NCBI RefSeq assembly: GCF_016806735.1
Contig: NZ_CP060530.1
Location: 270,001 to 302,000 of the forward strand
DNA: 32,000 nt
Source: Candidatus Micrarchaeum sp.
GTDB taxonomy: Archaea; Micrarchaeota; Micrarchaeia; Micrarchaeales; Micrarchaeaceae
Direction of reading: 5' to 3'
Position numbers and translations under genes: made by a program. Below, in pieces: positions 8,150 to 15,824 of this stretch (position 1 is its first letter; each line of letters opens with the position of its first letter). Below the pieces are notes generated by a model, which worked only from the letters and a program-made list of their open reading frames with translations, had not been told where the DNA came from and made no database searches.

Positions 8150-9538
8150 TCACTGTGATTCTTCTGTATTCTTTCCTTCCTGTTTCTTAGCGTCAGCGCT
8201 TTCCATATCCATTAGCCTCTTGTAGGTCATGGATTCGCTCATCTTGAACCGCCTGTAGCCAAGGCTGCCCACCAGCACCCTGGTTATGAGCGATGTTCTC
8301 ACTTCGCTGCCCCTGGCAGTGCCGGCTACCTCTCCCTGGAGCTTCTCGAGCTCGCCTTCGTCGAATATGGGTGCCAGCAGCAGGAAACCGTATGGTGCAG
8401 ATACGTCTTCAACCTGTGCGTACTTGTCGCAGGGGTGAAGCGATTCCTCTATGACAGTGCGCAGGTATTCCTTCCTGTAGCGGTTGAAAATGGATATGTC
8501 CTTCTGGACAACGTAGAAAAAGGCCACATACCTCATCGGCAGGTATCCCATGGCTATCGTAGGCCTCTTTATTGTCCTTCTTTCGAGCAGCCTCTCGAAA
8601 GTGTAGTAGGCGTTGCCGCTTTTGAGGTTGTACAGCCTGTCTATGTCGCTGAACTTTATGCTCGCATCGTGGTTAAGCTCCTTCATGACTGCATATTCGC
8701 TCTCGAGCAGCTGGTCCTTGGCCCTCCTCGGCGTCTCCCTGCTCCTGTGCCACACCTTCTCCTTCATGAGGTTGAAGAATTCGTCCCGGAAAGGTATGTA
8801 CCACGTCTCCGATTCGGACGTGTAGCCTATGTTCCATATCGCCTTGCAGTTGCTGAATATGGGGTTGCTCCTCATCTCGTATATTAGGTTTTCTAGAGTT
8901 ACGTTGTTCTCGGCAAGCAGGTATATCAGCACGCTGTAGTGGCCGCTGAGCGAGGCCACGAACTGGATCCTTGGCTCGCTGCTGAAGAGCTTCTCCATGT
9001 CTTCCTGGCTGGGCGCTCCCCTTATGAACCTTATTGTTATGAAGTATCTTTCGAATCCGAAGGTGCCCGGCCTGAGCTCTATGGTATATCTTATGCTGTA
9101 CAGCCTTTCGAGCTTCTTTATCCTGTATTCCACTGTGTTTGGATTGAGGTCCAGCTTTTTCGATATGGAATAAGAAGAAGCCTTGGAATCCATGCTTATC
9201 TCTGTAAGTATTGCCCTGTCCACGGAATCCGGATATATGAGCTCTGCAACCTCGGACGGCCTTTCGGTCTCCTTTCCAGATTTTATATATTCCTCAAGGC
9301 TCCTGGCCCTGGTATTCAGGAATCTGTGCCTGGCTTCCGAGAAGTTTCCCCTGCTGTCCGCCTTTCCCAAATAGAAGGATATCTTTTTCTGCCCGTACTC
9401 TCCGCTCTCGAAAGCATACTCGTATATGTAATAGCCTCCCCTTATCAATTTTACCTCTATGTGGTATTTCGACTTGGCCCTCAGCCTCTCGACCAGCTTC
9501 CTGACGTTTTCGGGCAGCTCCTTTTTGGCGTTTCTCAT
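8150..9538 (-). CDS. Tandem Lrp/AsnC-like transcriptional regulator (two HTH+RAM-like modules) with N-terminal extension
   Basis: Module 1 is DSVDRAILTEISMDSKASSYSISKKLDLNPNTVEYRIKKLE... followed by a RAM-like beta-alpha region (ERYFITIRF...VASLSGHYSVLIYLLAEN). Module 2 is LLESEYAVMKELNHDASIKFSDIDRLYNLKSGNAYYTFERLLERRTIKR... followed by RYVAFFYVV...YGFLLLAPIF. A basic N-terminal region of about 100 aa (RGGYYIYEYAF...KKISFYLGK) has unclear function. Siroheme-decarboxylase-type Lrp folds cannot be excluded. Confidence 0.65.
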   Translation of the reverse strand: MRNAKKELPENVRKLVERLRAKSKYHIEVKLIRGGYYIYEYAFESGEYGQKKISFYLGKADSRGNFSEARHRFLNTRARSLEEYIKSGKETERPSEVAELIYPDSVDRAILTEISMDSKASSYSISKKLDLNPNTVEYRIKKLERLYSIRYTIELRPGTFGFERYFITIRFIRGAPSQEDMEKLFSSEPRIQFVASLSGHYSVLIYLLAENNVTLENLIYEMRSNPIFSNCKAIWNIGYTSESETWYIPFRDEFFNLMKEKVWHRSRETPRRAKDQLLESEYAVMKELNHDASIKFSDIDRLYNLKSGNAYYTFERLLERRTIKRPTIAMGYLPMRYVAFFYVVQKDISIFNRYRKEYLRTVIEESLHPCDKYAQVEDVSAPYGFLLLAPIFDEGELEKLQGEVAGTARGSEVRTSLITRVLVGSLGYRRFKMSESMTYKRLMDMESADAKKQEGKNTEESQ

Positions 9539-9734
9539 CTTAATATATAAAGATTATGATAAATATAAATTTATTACTATTATTGAAATAAAGCTTTAAA
9601 TAATCCTAAAATTACGAATTTACGAATTTTAATTAAATATTTTAGTTATCATATATAATGAAATGTTTAAAATATCACGAATGGTATTTATACTTGTAAG
9701 TGCATAGTATATATCGAGCCAGGGGGTAGAAAAA

Positions 9735-9887
9735 ATGGAAGAGAAATCAGAAACATTAGGTTACGATTTTTCTTATCCCGAGTTTTACCCCACCAATAAC
9801 GCCCTCTGGCTTCCCACCCCTAAAAAGCGCATGTCGCTTTTCGCTTCTGTTTCTTCATTCATGCTTAACTTCTTAAGGCGCATATAA
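9735..9887 (+). CDS. Hypothetical 50-aa micro-ORF (not in the supplied ORF track)
   Basis: ATG 9735 gives MEEKSETLGYDFSYPEFYPTNNALWLPTPKKRMSLFASVSSFMLNFLRRI. The stop TAA 9885-9887 shares its last base with ATG 9887 of the next gene (TAATG). An AT-rich TATA-like stretch (GTATATATC, about 9706-9714) lies about 25 nt upstream. No recognisable family. Confidence 0.25.
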   Translation: MEEKSETLGYDFSYPEFYPTNNALWLPTPKKRMSLFASVSSFMLNFLRRI

Positions 9888-10189
9888 TGAATGGAAATAA
9901 AAAGAATAACTATAGACAGTATGGTCTTGATGTCGTTTCAGACGACATGCACGGGTTCTTCTTCATAAAGCCAAAGGAGGGCACCAGCGCTAACGAGCTT
10001 GCGAGCAAGCTGATAGGCATAGATGGCCTTGAAGAGGTCAGGGTCAGGGAAGGCACGATAGGCTACAGCGTACTTGCCAAGTTCAAGGATGTCCAGTATT
10101 CGGAAATAGAAAATAAGATGCCCAAGGCCGCAGGCCAGCAATACGGCAGGTTCGTCAGCGCAATGAAACTCAAAAACGCGATGAAATGA
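9887..10189 (+). CDS. Stand-alone Lrp/AsnC ligand-binding (RAM)-domain-like protein
   Basis: This 100-aa protein contains HGFFFIKPKEGTSANELASKLIGIDGLEEVRVREGTIGYSVLAKFKD. That matches the beta-alpha-beta-beta-alpha-beta pattern of RAM/AsnC_trans_reg domains (ayvlikv..g..eevaekl..i.gV.ev..v.G.yd..vkv). No HTH is present. Confidence 0.5.
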   Translation: MNGNKKNNYRQYGLDVVSDDMHGFFFIKPKEGTSANELASKLIGIDGLEEVRVREGTIGYSVLAKFKDVQYSEIENKMPKAAGQQYGRFVSAMKLKNAMK

Positions 10190-10326
10190 AAACGCTAAAT
10201 CCGTTCAGGGGAAGGCTTTCAAGGTCCGTAATGGAGCTTATGGAAAGCGACCCTGAAATAAGGGAGCAGTTCGAAAGGCTTCAGCTTATGGTAATAAAGA
10301 AATACATGGCTTCTTCGAAGCATTGA
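10186..10326 (+). CDS. Hypothetical 46-aa micro-ORF, start overlapping the upstream stop (ATGA)
   Basis: ATG 10186-10188 overlaps TGA 10187-10189 of the RAM-domain gene. Product: MKTLNPFRGRLSRSVMELMESDPEIREQFERLQLMVIKKYMASSKH, predicted to be a helical, charged peptide. It is below the ORF-track size cut-off. Confidence 0.3.
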   Translation: MKTLNPFRGRLSRSVMELMESDPEIREQFERLQLMVIKKYMASSKH

Positions 10327-10339
10327 ATCGGTGTTGTTT

Positions 10340-10483
10340 ATGATAAACCCTATAAAAGCGATAAAACACAGGCAGCTTGATAAGTTTCTGGAGAACGATT
10401 CCAGGAACCAGAGGCCGGTTGCAATGGTAAAGGAGAGCGCCAACGTATACAAGTTCGTCTGGGCCGACGAGAAAAGCCAATAA
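10340..10483 (+). CDS. Hypothetical 47-aa micro-ORF
   Basis: ATG 10340 gives MINPIKAIKHRQLDKFLENDSRNQRPVAMVKESANVYKFVWADEKSQ, with TAA at 10481-10483. It starts 13 nt after the previous micro-ORF. The minus-strand ORFs over the same region look like low-quality, Cys/Phe/Arg-rich artefacts. Confidence 0.25.
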   Translation: MINPIKAIKHRQLDKFLENDSRNQRPVAMVKESANVYKFVWADEKSQ

Positions 10484-10536
10484 TCTCCTCTTTCTAAATC
10501 TTTTACAAATTCTTATCCCAAAAGAAAGATAAACGC

Positions 10537-10560
10537 GGATGCGATCTTGATGTCGCATCC
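10537..10560. terminator. Perfect 8-bp stem-loop in convergent 3' spacer
   Basis: GGATGCGA (10537-10544) pairs with TCGCATCC (10553-10560) around an 8-nt loop. It sits between the micro-ORF operon (+) and aRF1 (-) and is preceded by T-rich sequence. Confidence 0.3.
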
Positions 10561-10568
10561 ATAACCGA

Positions 10569-11765
10569 TTACTTGTATCTTAGCAGTGCGGCTATTCCGC
10601 CAAATCCAAGCAGCAGCTCCTTGCCGTACTGGCTGTCCGAAGATATAAAAGATATTTGCACTCCTAGCTTGTCGGCCATGTCGACGAGCTCTTCCACGGC
10701 GTCATGCTCCTCGACTATTGTGAGGTTGCCTCCGTCATCGTGCTTCGTCTGCCTCTGGTTTCCCTGCTCCAGCGCGTCAAATTCCGCATTGCATGTATTG
10801 CACTTATAATGCACCTTGTAGAGCTCAAGATCGTCGCTTATTATGAGCGTTGCCACGTTGTTTGACTGCAGAGCCTTCTTTACTTTCTCGTAGCCGCTTG
10901 TTGCCAGCCCGTTCCTGGAAATTTCGCTAAGGAACCTCCCCATTACCTTTTGCTCCTGTATTGCTTGCTGCTCTGAGAGCAGCTCTTTTGCCTGCTCTAG
11001 CAGCTCCCTGAATCCGGCATTTTCATCGGTATAGCCTGTGTTGAAGACGCCCAATACCTTTATCTGGTAGTTGAGATTCTTGGACTTGACGAAGTCCTCC
11101 TTGGCAGGGCCAGGCCCTCCAACAACCAATCCCTTGAGCTTGAATTCGTGCTTTATGAAAAGGTCGTTTATGGTCTCTGCCACTGCCTTGTAATAATCAT
11201 CTATGCTTTCTTCCCTTGCCCTGTCGTACCTTGCTGCCGACTGGCCTCCCTTATGCACCTTTTGATGGGCGAAAGACCTTAGCTTCTTGTCAACTATGAA
11301 CTGCGATCCGGCAAGCACTCCTACCGTAGCCTCTGAGCCGTCCATTATCACTATTCCGTACTTGTCCGTAGTTTCCATCATGCGCTCTACGGGCTCCAAA
11401 AGGAACGTAGAGTCGCATCGGTATATGTTTACCTTTATTGGCTCAGGTGGCTCCATTGAGAAAAGCTCAATATCCGGCTTGGACTGCTCGTTGCTTATGT
11501 TTCCGCAGAATACGGCCAATCCCTTTTCCGGAGCCACTTTGTACATCTTTAAATACTGCATTATCTTTTCCAGCGCGCTTTGCACGTTAAGCCTTGTTGT
11601 CTTTGACTTTATGTTCGAAGCCTGGCCGTGCTCGTCCCTGAGCTTCGCTACCTCGTCGCTTATCGGGAAGCCCGGAGGCACGTAGACGCTTATGAGCTCA
11701 GTGCCCGAGCCCTTCACCGAAGCGAGCCTTTTGAGCTCCTTCTTTATGTGGTATTCCTCTTTCAT
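10569..11765 (-). CDS. prf1: Peptide chain release factor aRF1
   Basis: NIKS motif (QASNIKSKTTR), YxCxxxF motif (IYRCDSTF) and GGQ motif (HKGGQSAARY). The ORF-track start is GTG 11774; ATG 11765 (MKEEYHIKKELK...) is the more likely start. Confidence 0.95.
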   Translation of the reverse strand: MKEEYHIKKELKRLASVKGSGTELISVYVPPGFPISDEVAKLRDEHGQASNIKSKTTRLNVQSALEKIMQYLKMYKVAPEKGLAVFCGNISNEQSKPDIELFSMEPPEPIKVNIYRCDSTFLLEPVERMMETTDKYGIVIMDGSEATVGVLAGSQFIVDKKLRSFAHQKVHKGGQSAARYDRAREESIDDYYKAVAETINDLFIKHEFKLKGLVVGGPGPAKEDFVKSKNLNYQIKVLGVFNTGYTDENAGFRELLEQAKELLSEQQAIQEQKVMGRFLSEISRNGLATSGYEKVKKALQSNNVATLIISDDLELYKVHYKCNTCNAEFDALEQGNQRQTKHDDGGNLTIVEEHDAVEELVDMADKLGVQISFISSDSQYGKELLLGFGGIAALLRYK

Positions 11766-11856
11766 CAAAAGCACTGCAATTCCGCAAGCCCTGCAATTAA
11801 GCCAATAAGCCGAGGTGGCAGGCTGCGCTATCCTTTCTCATGGAAGCAATAAAATA

Positions 11857-13161
11857 CTAACCTTTTTTGCCTATAACGTCCTTGTGCATATACGGCACAA
11901 GCGCCTTTGGCACGGTTATCGTTCCGTCTCCGTTGTAGTAGTTCTCGGTTATGGCAACTATGATTCTCGAAATCGCCAGGGCGGTGCTGTTAAGCGTATG
12001 TACGTACCTGCGCTCCCCGCTTTCGTCGTATTTTATGTCAAGCCTTAGGCTCTGCCAGTCCGTGCAGTTCGAGCACGAAACTATCTCCCTGTATTTTCCC
12101 TGCCCCGGCATATAAGCCTCTATGTCGTTCTTCTTTGCGGCGACCACTCCAATATCTCCGGTGCATATGTCTATTACGTGGTAAGGTATGCCGAGCTTCT
12201 GCACGAGATCCTCGGAATTGGCGAGCAGCTCGTCGTAATACTTCCACGACTCTTCAGGCTTTGAAAATATGAACTGCTCCAGCTTGTAGAACTGGTGCAC
12301 CCTGAATATTCCCTTTGTATCCTTTCCGTGCGATCCGGCTTCTCTCCTGAATGCCGGGCTTATCCCGACATACCTGAGCGGGAGTTCCTTCGCGCTGAAA
12401 ACCTCGCCCGAATGCATTGCAGCCATTGGGTGCTCTGCAGTGGATATCATGTAAAGGTCTTCTTCCATCTTTTCATAATCGCCTATATCATTGACGTCAG
12501 CCGGGTCTGTTACCTTGTACAGCTGCTCCTCGAAATCTCCAAGCGCAGTGACGGATTTGTAATACTCCCTCTTCATCATCAGCGGCGGCGCTATCGGCGT
12601 ATAGCCCTTCTTTGCGAGCTCGTCAAGCCCGAAGCTTATCAGCGCGTGCTCAAGGAGCGCTATGTCTCCCTTAAGAAAATAGAATCTTGCCCCAGAAATC
12701 TTGGCAGCGCGCTCTATGTCTATCAATCCCATGCCTCCAAGTATCTCCTCATGCCCCTTGTCTATCCTTTTCGTGGCGTCGCCCCATCTTCGTATCTCTA
12801 CGTTGTTTTCGTCGCTCGCGCCGTAGGGCACGCTTTCGTGAAGCACGTTTGGCATGTTCAAGAGAAGGTTCTCGATTTTTTTCTGCATCCCGTCAATATC
12901 CTTTTCGAGTTCCTGCATGCGGTCTTTCATATCCGCGACCTGCTTTATCTGCTCATTCGCTTCCTTGCCCTCTTTCTTGAGCTTTGCAACCTCCATGCTG
13001 ATTTTATTCCTTTTCGTCTGCATTTCCTGCAGCTCCGTCTTGGAGGCTCTCCACTGCTCGTCGAGCTTTAGCAAATCGTCTATCGGATAATTGCTGCGCC
13101 TTTTCTCCAGCGAAGCCCTTATCTCCTGTATGTGATCCCTTACATATTTCGTCGTTATCAT
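11857..13161 (-). CDS. serS: Seryl-tRNA synthetase
   Basis: N-terminal coiled-coil arm (LDEQWRASKTELQEMQTKRNKISMEVAKLKKEGK...). Class II motif 2 is FRREAGSHGKDTKGIFRVHQFYKLEQF, and the motif 3 region is TLNSTALAISRIIVAITENY. ATG 13161 (MITTKYVRDHIQEI...) fits the family N-terminus better than the ORF-track start at 13215. Confidence 0.95.
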   Translation of the reverse strand: MITTKYVRDHIQEIRASLEKRRSNYPIDDLLKLDEQWRASKTELQEMQTKRNKISMEVAKLKKEGKEANEQIKQVADMKDRMQELEKDIDGMQKKIENLLLNMPNVLHESVPYGASDENNVEIRRWGDATKRIDKGHEEILGGMGLIDIERAAKISGARFYFLKGDIALLEHALISFGLDELAKKGYTPIAPPLMMKREYYKSVTALGDFEEQLYKVTDPADVNDIGDYEKMEEDLYMISTAEHPMAAMHSGEVFSAKELPLRYVGISPAFRREAGSHGKDTKGIFRVHQFYKLEQFIFSKPEESWKYYDELLANSEDLVQKLGIPYHVIDICTGDIGVVAAKKNDIEAYMPGQGKYREIVSCSNCTDWQSLRLDIKYDESGERRYVHTLNSTALAISRIIVAITENYYNGDGTITVPKALVPYMHKDVIGKKG

Positions 13162-13407
13162 AAAATCATCATCAAGCGTGCATAGCGTACCTATAAGCAC
13201 TGGATTCATTTGCATTGAAAAATATAAAAACGAGATTGCGGAAGCTGAACAAGCATAAGAATAACTTCACGCGAATTTTGGTGATTGGTACACATCACTC
13301 ACAATATTGGTGTTGAAGTGCAACATATAAAGCCTTTTCGTGCAGCAAAATGCAGCGCATGCGTTAGCTAATTATACTTTGTGTATGTAAATTTTATGCG
13401 CTTCAGT

Positions 13408-13493
13408 GCAGGGATAGCAAAGCCTGGTCAAATGCGACAGGTTCAGGGCCTGTTCTCCTAGCGGGTTCGAGAGTTCAAATCTCTCTCCCTGCA
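13408..13493 (+). tRNA. tRNA-Leu (anticodon CAG), long variable arm, no intron, CCA not encoded
   Basis: Manual cloverleaf. Acceptor stem: GCAGGGA/TCCCTGC plus discriminator A. D stem: GCA/TGC with loop AAGCCTGGTCAAA. Anticodon stem: ACAGG/CCTGT with loop TT-CAG-GG. Variable region is about 15 nt. T arm: GAGAG-TTCAAAT-CTCTC. Confidence 0.9.
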
Positions 13494-13651
13494 TATTCAA
13501 TTTGCGGCTTCAAGCTGGGTTTCGTAAGGCCAGTATCCAAGCACCGCTATGACCCACACAATTACACACGCAAAGAGGAGCTATACAAGAAAACAGACAA
13601 CTCCTTTAGCTTGTTTCGGGTCACAAACCCCAAGAGATTGTTGGTAGATAA

Positions 13652-14044
13652 TCACCTGCCACGGTAGTTGAATATCTTATCATAGTCTTCATGGCTTATT
13701 ATGTCAAGCACGTCTAGCCATATAGAAAGTATCTCAACTTCAGTGTTCTCACGCTGCGGCTGCTTAAGCGTGTATATCATCCTCCAGCCGCCAGAAAGAT
13801 TAACTTTCCAAAGATTCGTTACGCCATATTCAACGATGTACTTCCTGCCTATTCTATCCTTCGGTATATGTATGCCGAAGTCGTAGTCGCGCTTGAGTAT
13901 AATTATCTTATCTTCTATTGATCTGAACAAGGTTTGGTTAAACGAACTTTTGATGCCTTTCTTGCGCTCATCTTCAACCAACTTCTTGAGCGCAAGGTAA
14001 GCTTCCTTTGCGTCTCCAAGAAGCTTTATTGAGACACGCTTCAC
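13652..14044 (-). CDS. RelE/ParE-superfamily toxin-like protein (extended, 130 aa)
   Basis: The C-terminal half, NLWKVNLSGGWRMIYTLKQ...EVEILSIWLDVLDIISHEDYDKIF, matches the RelE/ParE pattern (aromatic-K/R-x-R/N-L..x-Y/W-R-hydrophobic-I-Y ... I-hydrophobic-x-I..H..Y). The N-terminal helix KLLGDAKEAYLALKKL is typical of the family. The gene starts 8 nt after the upstream small wHTH gene. Confidence 0.5.
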   Translation of the reverse strand: MKRVSIKLLGDAKEAYLALKKLVEDERKKGIKSSFNQTLFRSIEDKIIILKRDYDFGIHIPKDRIGRKYIVEYGVTNLWKVNLSGGWRMIYTLKQPQRENTEVEILSIWLDVLDIISHEDYDKIFNYRGR

Positions 14045-14052
14045 AGCAAAGC

Positions 14053-14319
14053 CTACACCTCCAAGCCTTCTTCTTCCGCTTTCTTCAGCTTCTTGCTTGG
14101 GTTGAAAGTCCAGATGAAGCCCTTATTCGTTTCAAGCACAAGGCCCCTCTTTTCCATGTAGTCAAGAGCTAGGTTAAGCGTCGAGCGCATCACCTTTGTG
14201 GGCATCCTTGCAAGTATCTGGTTCCTGCTTACAGGGTTGTTAGCTGACCTTACAACATTTTCAATAGCAAGTATGGTCTTAAGCGTAGGATAATGTACTA
14301 TTTCCCTTTGTACCTGCAT
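14053..14319 (-). CDS. Small winged-helix DNA-binding protein (putative antitoxin/autorepressor)
   Basis: The 88-aa product contains LKTILAIENVVRSANNPVSRNQILARMPTKVMRSTLNLALDYMEKRGLVLETNKGFIWTF, which reads as a helix-turn-helix plus beta-hairpin wing. It lies immediately upstream of, and on the same strand as, the RelE-like gene. Confidence 0.5.
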   Translation of the reverse strand: MQVQREIVHYPTLKTILAIENVVRSANNPVSRNQILARMPTKVMRSTLNLALDYMEKRGLVLETNKGFIWTFNPSKKLKKAEEEGLEV

Positions 14320-14328
14320 AATTTAACA

Positions 14329-14360
14329 CCTAATAAATATATATCCTAATAGATATATAA
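14329..14360. repeat. Tandem 16-nt direct repeat in the TA-module promoter (putative operator/TATA region)
   Basis: CCTAATAAATATATAT (14329-14344) is followed directly by CCTAATAGATATATAA (14345-14360), 14/16 identical. The repeat begins 10 nt upstream of the wHTH gene start codon (14319, minus strand). Confidence 0.7.
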
Positions 14361-14453
14361 GCCTTTTTACTTCAAGCAATAAAACAATCCTAGATTTACG
14401 ACTTTACAAATGCTATTTAAACCTTCTCATAGTATTCTTAATAAGTGGTTTGG

Positions 14454-15824
14454 ATGTCAATGGGTTCAAAAAAATCCGTAAACGTAGGGGATAGACTTGA
14501 CAGGCTTCCCTTCAGCAGATTTCATCTCAAGTTCCTTTTGCTAATTGCAGGCGGCGAATTCTTCGCCCTGTTCATGATTTTCGGGCAGGGGTCCCTTGCA
14601 GTATTGGTTGAGCACGCTCTCGGCCTGAGTGCGGTTGTGGGCACGTTGATAATACCTACATCTTTCTATATGGGAATGCTGGTAGGAACTTTAGTTCTGG
14701 GAAGGTTTGCTGATACGCACGGAAGGAGATTTGTATATTTCATGAACCTTGGCATAGTGGCAGTCGCAAGCGTGCTGGCTGCAATAATGCCTAACTACAT
14801 CCTGATATCCATATTCATTTTCATAATAGGCTTGGGAGTCGGCCCTGAATTGGGCGTAGCAGATACATACGTTAGCGAGGTTATGCCTAAGAATTCAAGG
14901 GGTGCCAGGCTCGCTCTTGTATATACAATAGCGGTAATAGGTGCACCTGTGGCCTCGCTCGTCATGTACGGGCTTTCAGGATTCAACCTTGACCTGAGCT
15001 GGAGAATTACGCTGATAATCGTAGCTGCGGGCTCTACAATAATGTGGATACTAAGGCGTAAAATAATAGAGTCCCCGAGATGGCTCGAAGGAAAAGGAAT
15101 GAAGAAGCAGGCTGACGATGAAACCACAATGATAGAAAAGAGGGTAATGAAATATAACCATCTCAGGAAGCTGCCAAACATAGTCCATACTACTGAAGTT
15201 GTTCCTCACAAGAAGGTCGGATGGGGAGAGCTGTTCTCTAAGAAGCTTAGGCTTAGGACTATAATGATAATAATATTCCAGTATGCACAGAGCGGAGCAG
15301 CATTCACTTTCAACGTTTTGGTCCCGCTGTTCTTCGTAGATAAAGGATACACGATAACATCCTCAATATTATTTACGATGATAATATTCTCGGGATTCGT
15401 TGTGGGAAGCATATTCAACATAGGGATAGTAGACAAGATCGAAAGGAAGTATGGCATAGTGATTTTCATACTTGCTGCAGGAATCTTGGGCCTGCTGTTC
15501 GCTGTGACATCAAACCTATACCTGATGCTGGCTCTTGGATTCTTCATACAGTTCTCATTCTGGAACATGAGCAACTTCTTCCACCAGTACCAGGCTGAGA
15601 TATTCCCGACGAAGCTCAGGGGCAGCGCCACAGGTCTGGGCCAGTCAATAAATGCCCTTGCTTCGGCTACGGTGCCGTTGTTCATGGTGGCATTGGTGAT
15701 TAGCCATGGACTGCTGGTTACTTTCGTTGGCATATTCATAATGATAGCAATAGTCATTGCTGACATAATGCTGATAGGCCCGAAGAGCTCGAAGATGCAC
15801 CTCGAAGACATATCAAACATGTGA
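14454..15824 (+). CDS. MFS transporter (sugar-porter-like family)
   Basis: About 12 hydrophobic segments. MFS motif A GRFADTHGRRFVY lies between TM2 and TM3, and ESPRWL follows TM6. Possible starts are GTG 14445 or ATG 14454/14460. TATTTAAA at about 14413 is a plausible TATA box. Confidence 0.85.
   Translation: MSMGSKKSVNVGDRLDRLPFSRFHLKFLLLIAGGEFFALFMIFGQGSLAVLVEHALGLSAVVGTLIIPTSFYMGMLVGTLVLGRFADTHGRRFVYFMNLGIVAVASVLAAIMPNYILISIFIFIIGLGVGPELGVADTYVSEVMPKNSRGARLALVYTIAVIGAPVASLVMYGLSGFNLDLSWRITLIIVAAGSTIMWILRRKIIESPRWLEGKGMKKQADDETTMIEKRVMKYNHLRKLPNIVHTTEVVPHKKVGWGELFSKKLRLRTIMIIIFQYAQSGAAFTFNVLVPLFFVDKGYTITSSILFTMIIFSGFVVGSIFNIGIVDKIERKYGIVIFILAAGILGLLFAVTSNLYLMLALGFFIQFSFWNMSNFFHQYQAEIFPTKLRGSATGLGQSINALASATVPLFMVALVISHGLLVTFVGIFIMIAIVIADIMLIGPKSSKMHLEDISNM

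Noticed and set aside
8435-9550. Plus-strand ORFs (150 aa, 70 aa, 203 aa, 63 aa) antisense to the tandem Lrp-like gene
   Set aside because: The sense-strand protein has clear HTH/RAM motifs. The antisense translations are Pro/Leu/Tyr/Arg-rich with no domain signal, which is typical of open antisense frames.
9612-9627. CRISPR-like repeats (and CRISPR arrays anywhere in the window)
   Set aside because: This is only an 8-nt tandem duplication. No array of 24-40 nt repeats separated by unique spacers was seen anywhere in the 32 kb.
10219-10558. Minus-strand ORFs of 77 aa and 90 aa from the ORF track
   Set aside because: The peptide composition is poor (Phe/Leu/Cys/Arg-rich) and there are no motifs. 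They are antisense to plus-strand micro-ORFs that show ATGA/TAATG coupling to the upstream gene.
12038-13090. ORFs overlapping serS in other frames (for example 12295-13071 +, 258 aa)
   Set aside because: serS carries unambiguous class II motifs on the minus strand. The overlapping frames give Arg/Leu/Cys-rich nonsense-like peptides.
13494-14444. Integrated element at tRNA-Leu (an att duplication of the tRNA 3' half plus an integrase)
   Set aside because: I could not find a repeat of the tRNA 3' end (…GTTCAAATCTCTCTCCCTGCA) downstream. No integrase or recombinase ORF is present. Only the toxin-antitoxin-like pair hints at former mobile DNA.
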